Program-made: the position numbers and the translations under genes
The notes under the pieces: generated by a model
Told to the model about the DNA's origin: nothing
The model's database searches: none
What the model saw: only the letters and a program-made list of their open reading frames with translations
DNA from: Gaiellaceae bacterium
Lineage (GTDB): Bacteria; Actinomycetota; Thermoleophilia; Gaiellales; Gaiellaceae
Assembly: GCA_035546215.1 (NCBI GenBank)
Contig: DASZWR010000078.1
Location: 5,053 to 69,052, forward strand
Length of the DNA: 64,000 nt
Reading direction: 5' to 3'
Shown here: piece by piece, positions 8,141 through 17,551 of the stretch
Position numbering within the stretch: position 1 is the first letter of the stretch
Layout of the letters: each line of letters begins with the position of its first letter

Positions 8141-9244
8141 TCAGCCTACCGTCCGGGCCACGAGATCCGCGGCAGCGTCCTGCGCCGAGTCGGCCTGGAG
8201 CTGCAGGTCGGCCTCGCAGCCCGACGGGTCGATGCGCGCGAGCAGCGCCTCCGACCCGAGCCGGCGCGCCGCCGGCGCCACCCGCTCGAGCAGCTCGGCG
8301 CCGAGGTCGTAGGCGGGCCGGTAGGAGCCGCCGTCCGGGTGCAGCAGGTTGGCCCGCGGCCCGAACCGGGCGGCCGACCAGCGGTTCTGGACGTAGTCCG
8401 CGCGGCTCCGGTCGCCGAGCTCCGCGCCGCGCGCCGGCAGGCCGCCGTCGAGGGCGGTCGCGCACAGCGCCTGGAGGAGCGCCGCGAAGGCGGCCGAGAG
8501 CCGCACGTCGGTCGGCTGGTCGGCGACGCGCACCTCGAGCGTCCCCAGCTTCGGGTGCGGCCGGACGTCCCACCAGATCCGGGTGTAGTCCTCGGTGACG
8601 CCGAAGCGCACGAGCCGCTCGACCCACGCCTCCCACTCCGCGTAGGACGCGAACCCGGGCGGCGCGCCCGCGCGCGGCAGCTCGCCGAGGACGGGCGCGC
8701 GGTTCGACGCCATGCCCGTCAGCTCGCCGGCGAACCACGGCGAGTTCGCCGAGAGGGCGAGCACGAGCGGCAGCCACGGCAGGATCGTGTCGAGGCAGCG
8801 CCAGCAGTCGTCCGCCGACGGCATGCCGACGTGCACGTGCAGGCCCTGGACGCCCTGGCGCCGCACCGAGATGCCGCCGTAGCCGACGAAGGTCACGTAC
8901 CGCTCCTCCTTCACGATCGGCTGCGCCTCCGGGATCGCGAACGGGTGCGTGGCGGCCGCCGCGATCGCGAGCCCTGCCGCGTCGGCAGCCTCGGCCGCGG
9001 CCCGCCTGAGCAGCGGCAGCACCTCGTCGACCTCGGCGGCCGTCGTGCACACGTGCGTGTTCGTCTCGAAGATCGAGGCGAAGAGCTCCGTCTTCAGCGA
9101 CCCCGGCAGCTCGCGCCCTTCGACGCCGCGCAGGATGCGATGCACCCCGGGCACCTGCTGGAACGTGGCGGCGTCGAGGATCATCACCTCCTCCTCGACC
9201 CCGAGGGAGAGCGGCGATCCCTCGCCGAACCTCTGCTCGATCAC
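8141..9244 (-). CDS. Carboxylate-amine ligase, glutamate-cysteine ligase family 2 (YbdK-like)
   Basis: GTG at 9244. LGVEEEVMILD, ELFASIFETNT, HVHVGMP and ALSANSPW motifs are typical of GCS2. Confidence 0.85.
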   Translation of the reverse strand: MIEQRFGEGSPLSLGVEEEVMILDAATFQQVPGVHRILRGVEGRELPGSLKTELFASIFETNTHVCTTAAEVDEVLPLLRRAAAEAADAAGLAIAAAATHPFAIPEAQPIVKEERYVTFVGYGGISVRRQGVQGLHVHVGMPSADDCWRCLDTILPWLPLVLALSANSPWFAGELTGMASNRAPVLGELPRAGAPPGFASYAEWEAWVERLVRFGVTEDYTRIWWDVRPHPKLGTLEVRVADQPTDVRLSAAFAALLQALCATALDGGLPARGAELGDRSRADYVQNRWSAARFGPRANLLHPDGGSYRPAYDLGAELLERVAPAARRLGSEALLARIDPSGCEADLQLQADSAQDAAADLVARTVG

Positions 9245-9591
9245 GCGTGCTTGACGCCGTGCACCGGGCGGCCGGCGGCGACCCACGCGTAGTACGACGC
9301 GCTCGGGCCGTACTCGGAGCGGTACCCCTCGACCCGCGGGTTGCGGCCGACATCGCGTGCGCGCGCGGCGTGGCGCAGGAGGTTCGGGTCGTCGATCTCC
9401 TGCCACACGAGGATGAGGTGCGCGGCCGTCATGAACTCCGCGACGAACGTGCAGCCGGACGCCGGGCACGGGAACGGATCGGTCCGCACGCAGAACCACC
9501 CCTGATAGTCCTGACCGTCGTCGTCCTGCCACAGCTCCTCGTCCTGAGCCTCGGCAGCGCTCTGCTCGAGGACGATCTGGCCCCGCTCCAT
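9241..9591 (-). CDS. Hypothetical 116-aa protein with C-x7-C-x4-C cluster
   Basis: High GC3. GTGA overlap with the GCS2 gene. WFCVRTDPFPCPASGCTF. I recognise no family. Confidence 0.6.
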   Translation of the reverse strand: MERGQIVLEQSAAEAQDEELWQDDDGQDYQGWFCVRTDPFPCPASGCTFVAEFMTAAHLILVWQEIDDPNLLRHAARARDVGRNPRVEGYRSEYGPSASYYAWVAAGRPVHGVKHA

Positions 9592-9672
9592 CGCGACAAG
9601 GTAGCGATGGAGCTGAGAGGCCGGCCGGCCCCGGGCAGGCAGTCGGGCGCCGGCCGACCTACTTGTTCGGCC

Positions 9673-10926
9673 CTACTTCGGCCGATTTCCGAGCGTCACC
9701 GTCACGGTGCGCTTCGTGTGCTTGTGCCAGAGCTCGACCTTCACCTTGTCGCCGGGCTTCTTCCCGAGGATCAGGTAGTAGAGCTGCTGCTCGGTGGTCA
9801 TGGGCTGGTCGTCGACCCTGGTGATGATGTCGCCGCCGACGCGGTAGCTCTCGCCGCCCACCACGACGGGCGTCGTGCTGCGCGCGATGCCGGCCTTGGC
9901 GGCCGGAGTGCCGGCGCTCACGTCCTGTACGAGCAGCCCGTGCTGCACGGGCAGGTTGAAGAGGCGGGCGATCTGCGGCGTCACAGGCAGGTCGTTGAGG
10001 CCGAGGTACGCGTGCTTGACGCTGCCGGTCTTGATGATCTGCGACGCGACGTCGCGCACCGTGTTGATCGGGATCGCGAAGCCGATGCCGACGTTGCCCG
10101 AGCTCGCGTCGTTGCTGCCTGTCTGGATCTGCGAGGTAACGCCGATCACGCGGCCCTGCGCGTCGAGCAGCGGGCCGCCCGAGTTGCCGTGGTTGATCGC
10201 GGCGTCGGTCTGGATCGCGCGCTCCACCGGCAGCCCGTTCGGGGCGAAGATCTGGCGGCCGACCGCGCTGATGAGGCCCGCGGTGAGCGTGCGCGTCAGG
10301 CCGAACGGATTGCCGATCGCGTACACGGAGTCGCCGACCTTCACCGCGTCGGAGTCGCCGAGCGGCAGCGGCGTCAACGCCCGCGCGTGCGCGTCGATCT
10401 TCAGCACCGCGGTGTCGGTGGTCGGGTCCTTGCCGACGACGGTCGCCGGCAGCTGGTCCTGGCCGCTGAAGGAGACCTGCACCTTCGAGGCGTCCTCGAT
10501 CACGTGGTAGTTCGTGACGATGTGGCCGGCGCGGTCGATCACGAAGCCGGAGCCGAGCGACTCCGAGGTCTGCGGCGTCGCCGGCATCAGGTTGAACGGG
10601 TCGCTCTGGCCCTGGGTCACCGTCGTCGCCGTGATCTGGACGACGCCGGGGCCGTCCTGCTTGTAGATCTGCTCCGGGGTGAGCGCGGTCGCGGCGGCGG
10701 CGGCCGGCGGCGGAACGCCCGGGGTCGTGGCCGGCTGCTTCGGCCCCGTCATCTCCTTGACGGTCGTGTGGTCCCCGAGCTTCCCGAACGCCGCGGCGCC
10801 GCCGAGCGCCAGGCCGCCGCCGACGACGGCGACGACCAGGAGCTCGACGGCCCTGAGGGAGAGGAAGCGGGTAGGACCCACTCCACCGTTATAACCAGCC
10901 GCGACGTGCCTGCACGTGAACCGCAT
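9673..10926 (-). CDS. HtrA/DegP-family serine protease with PDZ domain
   Basis: N-terminal TM, catalytic motifs TNYHV, DTAVLK, GNSGGPL, C-terminal PDZ. The start could instead be GTG at 10881. Confidence 0.9.
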   Translation of the reverse strand: MRFTCRHVAAGYNGGVGPTRFLSLRAVELLVVAVVGGGLALGGAAAFGKLGDHTTVKEMTGPKQPATTPGVPPPAAAAATALTPEQIYKQDGPGVVQITATTVTQGQSDPFNLMPATPQTSESLGSGFVIDRAGHIVTNYHVIEDASKVQVSFSGQDQLPATVVGKDPTTDTAVLKIDAHARALTPLPLGDSDAVKVGDSVYAIGNPFGLTRTLTAGLISAVGRQIFAPNGLPVERAIQTDAAINHGNSGGPLLDAQGRVIGVTSQIQTGSNDASSGNVGIGFAIPINTVRDVASQIIKTGSVKHAYLGLNDLPVTPQIARLFNLPVQHGLLVQDVSAGTPAAKAGIARSTTPVVVGGESYRVGGDIITRVDDQPMTTEQQLYYLILGKKPGDKVKVELWHKHTKRTVTVTLGNRPK

Positions 10927-10946
10927 TTAAAGGCCGGTTAAGGGCT

Positions 10947-12023
10947 GTGAAGAACCTCTTCCTGCTCGACCCGGACTTCGTCTTCCTGAACCACGGCTCG
11001 TTCGGGGCGTGCCCGCGGCCCGTCTTCGAGGAGTACCGGCGCCTGCAGCGCGAGCTCGAGCGCCGGCCGGTCGAGTTCCTGGCGCCCGAGCGACGCTTCG
11101 CCGGCCTGATCGACGAGGCACGGATGACGCTCGCCGCCTACGTCGGCGCGCGCCCGGGGAACCTCGCGTTCGCCACGAACACGAGCGCCGCGCTCAACAC
11201 GGCGATCCGCTCGCTGCCGCTCGAGGCGGGCGACGAGGTGCTCCTCGGCGACGCCGAGTACGGCGGCCTGGAGATCCTGTGGGAGCACGTCGCGAGCCGC
11301 ACCGGCGCGACGCTCGTGCGCCGGCCCTTCGACGCGCTCGAGCCCGGGCCGCGCACGAGGGTGGTCTTCTGCTCGCACGTCGAGTGGACGACGGGGCGGG
11401 TCAACGACCTCGCCCCCGTCGTCGCCGCCGCGCGCGAGGCGGGCGCCCTCGCCGTCGTCGACGGCGCGCACGCCCCCGGGCAGATCGACCTCGACCTGGA
11501 GGCGATCGGCGCCGACGTGTACGCCGGCAACTGCCACAAGTGGCTGTGCGCGCCGAAGGGCTCCGCGTTCCTCTACGCGCGGCCGGGCGTGCAGGAGCTG
11601 ATCGAGCCGGCGGTCATCTCGTGGGACTTCGTCGACGGCGCCTCGTTCACCGACCGTCACCGCTGGCAGGGGACGCGTGACCCGTCGGCGTTCCTCGCCG
11701 TGCCGGCCGCGATCCGCTTCCAGGCCGAGCACGACTGGGCCGCCGTCCGCGCGCGCTGTCACGAGCTGCTCGCGTCGCTCGAGCTGCCGTACGAGCCGCT
11801 GACGGACGACTTCGTGCAGATGCGCGGCTACGCGCTCCCGGCCGGAACGGACGGCGCCGACCTGAAGCGCCGGCTCTACGAGGAACACCGGATCGAGGTG
11901 CCGATCGTCGAGACGCCGAGCGGCTGGACGATGCGCGTCTCGGTGCAGGCCTACAACGACGAGGCCGATCTCGCCGCGCTCGCCCGCGCAGCCGCCCGCT
12001 ACGAGGCCAGACGGAGGACGTAG
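10947..12023 (+). CDS. Class V aminotransferase / isopenicillin-N epimerase-like PLP enzyme
   Basis: FLNHGSFGACP N-terminus; PLP lysine context GNCHKWLCAPKGSAFL. Confidence 0.85.
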   Translation: MKNLFLLDPDFVFLNHGSFGACPRPVFEEYRRLQRELERRPVEFLAPERRFAGLIDEARMTLAAYVGARPGNLAFATNTSAALNTAIRSLPLEAGDEVLLGDAEYGGLEILWEHVASRTGATLVRRPFDALEPGPRTRVVFCSHVEWTTGRVNDLAPVVAAAREAGALAVVDGAHAPGQIDLDLEAIGADVYAGNCHKWLCAPKGSAFLYARPGVQELIEPAVISWDFVDGASFTDRHRWQGTRDPSAFLAVPAAIRFQAEHDWAAVRARCHELLASLELPYEPLTDDFVQMRGYALPAGTDGADLKRRLYEEHRIEVPIVETPSGWTMRVSVQAYNDEADLAALARAAARYEARRRT

Positions 12024-12781
12024 GCGACGGGCTCGAGCTTCCCGAGCAGGAGGTAGGCGAGCCACTGCAGCGACGCCTCCCACAGCTCGTACTTCTCGTC
12101 GCCGAACCTTCGGATCACTTCCTCGCGACGGCGGCGAAGCCGCGCGAGCCGCAGCAGGCTCTCGGACACCGGCCGCGTCCGCTCCTCGTCGTATTCGCGG
12201 AACTCGGTTCCGATCTCCTCCAGCCGTTCGACCCGGAACCCCACCCGGCCGAGCACGCTCTCGACCCACGCACGGTCGAGGTTGCGCGGCACGTTGCCGA
12301 CCGGCTCGAGCGCGGCAGCTTCGCGCGGTTCAAGGCGCGGCGTCGCGAAGACGGTGTAGACGATCGCGGCGCCGCCCGGCTTCACGACGCGTGCGACCTC
12401 GGAGAGGCCCGCCGGCAGGTCGGAGATCACCTCGAGCACGTCGCGGCACCAGACCACGTCGACGCTGCCGTCGGCCTGGTCGATCCGCTCCATCGCACCG
12501 CGGCGGATCTCGACCCGCCGATCGAGGCCCGCGGCGGCGACCGCAGCCCGCGCCCGCTCGAGGTTCCGCTCGACCGGGTCGATCCCGACGCCGGTGCAGC
12601 CCGAACGCGCCACGAGCGGGATCAGGTGCCGTGCGTCCCGGCACCCGACGTCGAGGAGCCTGCTGCCGGGCGTCAGGAGCGGCGCGGCCAGGTCGAGCAG
12701 GAAGTCCGGCGACCGCGGCTCGAGGCTCTCGCCGAGCAGCGCGACGAGCTCCTCGTCGTCGCTGCCGTAGACGAACTGCAT
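11999..12781 (-). CDS. Class I SAM-dependent methyltransferase
   Basis: LLDVGCRDARH (motif I-like), VVWCRDVLEVISD, VVKPGGAAIV. ATG at 12781. Convergent 25-nt overlap with the aminotransferase. Confidence 0.8.
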   Translation of the reverse strand: MQFVYGSDDEELVALLGESLEPRSPDFLLDLAAPLLTPGSRLLDVGCRDARHLIPLVARSGCTGVGIDPVERNLERARAAVAAAGLDRRVEIRRGAMERIDQADGSVDVVWCRDVLEVISDLPAGLSEVARVVKPGGAAIVYTVFATPRLEPREAAALEPVGNVPRNLDRAWVESVLGRVGFRVERLEEIGTEFREYDEERTRPVSESLLRLARLRRRREEVIRRFGDEKYELWEASLQWLAYLLLGKLEPVAYVLRLAS

Positions 12782-12804
12782 GCGGGCGATCTGACGGTCG
12801 TCGA

Positions 12805-13224
12805 TCAATTCGACCCGCCGCCCTCCGGCGGCCTCAGCAGCATCGACTCGAGCCCGAGCAGGAGCTGGTAGCCGAGCACCGCGGCGAACGGCGCGAGCAG
12901 GTAGGCCCACAGCCCGCTGCACCAGGAGACGAGGGCCCAGCCGAGGAGGACGGCGGCGATCACAGCCGGAGCTTCGAAGATCGTCCAGACGTACTCGCGC
13001 GGCGAGGGCGACCGCCACGTGTTCGTCGGAGACCCGAACGCGAGCGCCGCGTTCAACGCGTGTGCGAGCAGGATCGCGCCGGCGAAGACGAGCACGGCGC
13101 GCGTCGTGGGCCTTCCCCGCGCGCTGATCAGGAGCGCACCGGTCGACCAGACGACGACGGCGAAGCCGTACGCCTTCGCTTCCTTGGCGACGACCGCCCG
13201 CAGCGCCGACCGGTAGCGCCTCAT
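12805..13224 (-). CDS. Hypothetical membrane protein (about 4 TM)
   Basis: MRRYRSALRAVVAKEAKAYGFAVVVWSTGALL... ATGA overlap with the upstream reading frame. High GC3. Confidence 0.55.
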   Translation of the reverse strand: MRRYRSALRAVVAKEAKAYGFAVVVWSTGALLISARGRPTTRAVLVFAGAILLAHALNAALAFGSPTNTWRSPSPREYVWTIFEAPAVIAAVLLGWALVSWCSGLWAYLLAPFAAVLGYQLLLGLESMLLRPPEGGGSN

Positions 13225-13783
13225 CGCAGCGTCACCGCGAAGAGCCCGCCGATCATGGCGGTGCCGAACGTGAGCCACGCGATCGGAAGACGCTGGCAGT
13301 GCTGACGACGAGCGAGCAGACGACGGTGCTGACGGCCCAGACGACGCCGATGTACGCGAGCCGGTCGGTGAACGTGTGCGTCGCCTCGACCGCGCGGGTG
13401 GCGAGCCCGGTCCACGCACCGGCCGCCGGGCCTGCGAGCGCGAGCACCCGGCTCACCGTCAGCATCACGCCGACGCGCGGGAGCCCCTGCGGCGGCGGGC
13501 TCTCGGGCGGCACCTCCGAGAGGAGCGGGTCCTCGGCGTCGCCGAGCCCCACGAAGATGCGCAGGCCAGCGCGGAGAATCGCGCCCGTCGAGCCGATCGT
13601 GGCGACCGCGACGACGGCGGGGCCACCGGTAGCCGAGCCGCGACGTCGAGTCGTCGATCAGCGCGTGGCCGATGAACGTGCCGAGGAACGGCGGGCTCGC
13701 GGGCGCGAGCGCCGGCGTCCGCGCGTCACGAGCAGGAGCCCGCCGACCAGCTCGAGCGCGATCGCCCAGGTCAAAATGCGCAT
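13221..13783 (-). pseudogene. Membrane-protein gene readable only across three frame changes (pseudogene or indel errors)
   Basis: ATG at 13783 gives MRILTWAIALELVGGLLLV. The GC3 signal then moves to a second frame (PASPPFLGTFIGHALIDDS), a third (GPAVVAVATIGSTGAILRAGLRIFVGLG...LAYIGVVWAVSTVVCSLVV), and back (LPIAWLTFGTAMIGGLFAVTLR*). Confidence 0.45.
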
Positions 13784-13835
13784 CACCCGGGCCGCTGTTC
13801 GTTGATTCCGGCCTCGCGGGGTGTAAAAACCCGAC

Positions 13836-14222
13836 ATGGCGACGAATCGCTACGCCGCAGCCGCCGAGTTCCGCGCAGAGCTCCGCCGCTTCCTCAAGCA
13901 GAGCGAGGACTGCGCCCGCGCGTACGGACTGACGCCGCGCCAGCACCTGCTGCTGCTGCAGATCGCGGGGGCCGAGGGTGAGCAGACGACGGTCTCGCAG
14001 CTCGTCTCGACGCTCGCCCTCACGCAGAGCGCCGTGACGGAGCTCGTCCAGCGCGCCGAGGCCGCGGGCCTCGTGACCCGGCAGCAGTCGCCGTCGGACG
14101 GCCGGGTGGTGTACCTCTCGCTGACGCCCCTCGGCGCGGAACGGCTCGCCGCCGTGCACGACGCGCTCGGCGCGGAGCGTGCGCAGCTTCACCGGGTCGT
14201 CGAGTCGCTCGGCGCGGATTAG
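13836..14222 (+). CDS. MarR-family transcriptional regulator
   Basis: Winged-helix core LTPRQHLLLLQIAG...TVSQLVSTLALTQSAVTELVQRAEAAGLV...DGRVVYLSLTPLG. Confidence 0.85.
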   Translation: MATNRYAAAAEFRAELRRFLKQSEDCARAYGLTPRQHLLLLQIAGAEGEQTTVSQLVSTLALTQSAVTELVQRAEAAGLVTRQQSPSDGRVVYLSLTPLGAERLAAVHDALGAERAQLHRVVESLGAD

Positions 14223-14272
14223 ATCGCCTCCCGATATGTTTATCCCCGCTCCGCTCCCGAAAAAACCCGGGC

Positions 14273-17200
14273 GTGGGATTCACGAAGCTCCTCGAGTCCT
14301 GGCCGGTCGTCCGGCAGATCCGCGAAGGCGATCCGCTCGGCCTCGGCAAGGCCGCGCAGTCGCCGCGCTCCAGGGAGCTGCAGCCGCGCATCGCGCAGGC
14401 CGACCACGTCGCGCAGTCGATCTGCCCGTTCTGCGCGGTCGGCTGCGCGCAGCTCGCCTACGTCAAGGACGGGGAGGTCATCCAGGTCGAGGGCGACCCG
14501 GCGAGCCCCATCTCACGCGGCCGGCTGTGCCCCAAGGGCGCGGCGTCCAGGAACCTGCACGCGGGCCCGCTCCGCGAGTACAGGGTCAAGTACCGGCGGC
14601 CCTACGGCACGCACTGGGAGGAGCTCGAGCTCGACCAGGCGATGGACATGATCGTCGACCGGATCCTCCGGAGCCGCGACGAGACCTGGCAGGAGGAGAC
14701 GCCCGAGGGAAACCCCGCCAGGCGGACGATGGGGATCGCGAACCTCGGCGGCGCCACCCTCGACAACGAGGAGAACTACCTCATCAAGAAGCTCTTGACG
14801 GCGCTCGGCGTCGTCCAGGTCGAGAACCAGGCCCGCATATGACACAGCTCGACGGTGCCCAGTCTGGGCACCTCGTTCGGGCGCGGCGGCGCCACCGACT
14901 ACCAGCAGGACCTCATGAACTCGGACTGCGTCGTGATCATGGGCTCGAACATGGCGGAGAACCATCCCGTCGGCTTCCAGTGGGTGCTGGAGGCGCGGGA
15001 GCGGGGCGCGCACGTGTTCCACGTCGACCCGCGGTTCACGCGCACGAGCGCGATGGCGACGAAGCACGTCGGCATCCGCGCCGGCAGCGACATCGCCTTC
15101 CTGGGCGGGCTCGTCCACTACATCCTCGAGCACGACCGGTGGTTCCACGACTACGTCCTCCACTACACGAACGCGCCCGTGATCATCGACGAGCGGTTCT
15201 CGGACACCGAGGACAACGACGGGCTCTTCTCCGGGTGGGACCCGGAGAAGAGCCGGTACGACGTCACCACCTGGCAGTACGCCGGCACCCAGGTGCACGG
15301 CGCGGCGGGCCAGCGCGAGGAGGGCTTCCAGGAGTCCGCCTCGAAGGGCGAGCAGTCGGGCCACGGCGGTCACGGCGGCGGCTTCTCGCACGGCGACCCG
15401 CCCGAGCGCGACGACTCGCTCGAGCACCCTCGCTGCGTCTTCCAGATCCTGAAGCGCCACTACGCGCGCTACACGCCCGAGCTCGTCGCGGACGCGTGCG
15501 GCTGCAGCGTCGAGGAGTTCCTGCACGTCGCGGAGACGATCTGCGACAGCTCGGGCCCCGAGCGCACGTCGGCGTTCGTCTACGCGGTCGGCTGGACGCA
15601 GCACACGAAGGGCGTCCAGATGATCCGCACCGCGGCGATCATCCAGCTGCTGCTCGGGAACATGGGCCGGCCGGGGGGCGGGATCATGGCGCTCCGCGGG
15701 CACGCGTCGATCCAGGGGTCGACGGACATCCCGACGCTCTACAACATCCTCCCCGGCTACCTGACGATGCCGCACACCGAGCACTACGGCGGCCTCGACG
15801 CGTACATCGACAGGACGACCTCGCCGGGCGGCTGGTGGGGCAACGCGAACGCCTACATCGTGTCGCTGCTGAAGGCGTGGTGGGGCGCGGCGGCGACGCC
15901 GGAGAACGACTTCTGCTTCTCGTACCTGCCGCGCATCGACCAGGACAACTCGAACTACTGGACGGTCGGCCAGATGCTCGAGGGGAACGTGCAGGGCTAC
16001 ATGGTCGTCGGCCAGAACCCGGCCGTCGGCTCCGCGAACGGCAGGGCGAACCGACTCGGCCTCGCGAACCTGGACTGGCTCGTCGTCCGCGACCTGGTCG
16101 AGACCGAGACCGCGGCCTTCTGGTACGACAGCCCCGAGATCGAGTCGGGCGAGCTGCGCACGGACGAGATCGGCACGGAGGTGTTCTTCATGCCGGCCTC
16201 GAGCCACCTCGAGAAGGACGGCTCGTTCACGAACACGCAGCGGCTCCTGCAGTGGCACTTCAAGGCCGTCGAGCCGAAGGAGGACTGCCGCTCGGAGCTC
16301 TGGTTCTACTACCACCTCGGCAAGAAGATCCGGGAGAAGCTGAAGGAGTCGGCCGACCCCCGCGACCTGCCGATCCAGGACCTGACCTGGGCCTATCCGA
16401 CGAGCGGCGAGCACGAGGAGCCGAGCGCCGAGGCCGTGCTCGCGGAGATCAACGGCTGGGACGACAAGGGCCAGGCGCTCGCCGGCTACAAGCTGCTGAA
16501 GCCCGACGGCACGACCGCCTGCGGCTGCTGGATCTACTGCGGCGTCTTCGCGGGCGGGATCAACATGGCCGCCCGCCGCAAGCCGCACTGGGAGCAGAAC
16601 TACACCGCGCTCGAGTGGGCGTGGTCGTGGCCGGCGAACCGGCGCCTGCTCTACAACCGCGCCTCCGCGGACCCCGACGGCAACCCGTGGTCGGAGCGCA
16701 AGAGGCTCGTGTGGTGGGACCCGGAGCAGAAGAAGTGGACGGGGACCGACACGCCCGACTTCGACGAGGAGAAGCCGCCGGACTACGTCCCGCCCGACGG
16801 CGCGCGCGGCCCGGACGCGATCCGCGGCGACCACCCGTTCATCATGCAGGCGGACGGCCTCGGCTGGATCTACGCTCCGCAGGGGCTCGTCGACGGGCCG
16901 CTGCCGACGCACTACGAGCCGCACGAGTCGCCGTTCGAGAACCCCCTGTACGACCAGCGCGCGAACCCGCGCCGCCAGCACGGCGACCTGCCCGAGGACC
17001 CGTACAACCCGACCGGCGACGAGCCGGGCTCGGAGCTCTATCCGTTCGTCGCGACCACATACCGGCTGACCGAGCACCACACCGCCGGCGGGATGACGCG
17101 CTTCACGCCGTACCTCGCCGAGCTGCAGCCGCAGATGTTCGTCGAGGTCCACCCCGACCTCGCGCAGGAGCGCGGGCTCGAGCACGGCGGCTGGGCGACG

Positions 17201-17551
17201 GTCACGACCGCGCGCTCGGCGATCGAGGCGCGGGTGATGGTCACCGACCGCATGCGCCCGGTGCGGATCAACGGCCGCGTCCACCACCAGGTCGGCATCC
17301 CCTACCACTGGGGCACGCGCGGGCTCACGACGGGCGGCTCGGGCAACGACCTGACGCACATGGCGCTCGACCCGAACGTGCACATCCAGGAGGTCAAGGC
17401 GTTCACGTGCGACATCCGCCCGGGCAGGCGCCCGAAGGGGCCGTCGCTGCCCGAGCACGTCGCCGAGCTGCGCGACCAGGCGCACACGCGCCGCGACCAG
17501 GAGCCGCGCGTCGAGCCGGCCGAGAACACGAGCACGGTGCCTTCGCAATGA
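14273..17551 (+). CDS. fdnG: Formate dehydrogenase alpha subunit (FdnG/FdoG type), selenocysteine at in-frame TGA 14840-14842
   Basis: Track ORFs 14273..14842 and 14855..17551 share one frame. The junction VENQARI-TGA-HSSTVPSLGTSFGRGG matches the Sec site of FdnG. N-terminal 4Fe-4S CPFCAVGC. MGD domains throughout. Confidence 0.9.
14843..14880 (+). promoter_or_regulatory. Candidate bacterial SECIS element
   Basis: GGTGCCCA-GTC-TGGGCACC (14854-14872): perfect 8-bp stem starting 11 nt after the TGA, apical loop with GU. Resembles E. coli fdhF GGUUGCAGGUCUGCACC. Confidence 0.6.

Noticed and set aside
9600-9672. GC-rich imperfect hairpin (GGCCGGCGCCCG...CGGGGCCGGCC) after htrA, as an intrinsic terminator.
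   Set aside because: The stem has a bulge and no U-tract follows on the minus strand. It is plausible, but no better than many GC-rich inverted repeats expected by chance in this composition.
13784-13809. GGAAT on the minus strand (13809-13805) upstream of the frameshifted membrane gene, as a possible second SigH/SigR promoter.
   Set aside because: The spacing gives GTG or GGT rather than GTT at the -10 position. It would also leave no room before the ATG at 13783.
14855-17551. An independent 898-aa molybdopterin oxidoreductase gene starting at 14855.
   Set aside because: It is in the same frame as 14273..14842, and the gap is a TGA at the canonical Sec position with a SECIS-like hairpin. 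It is treated as one selenoprotein gene.
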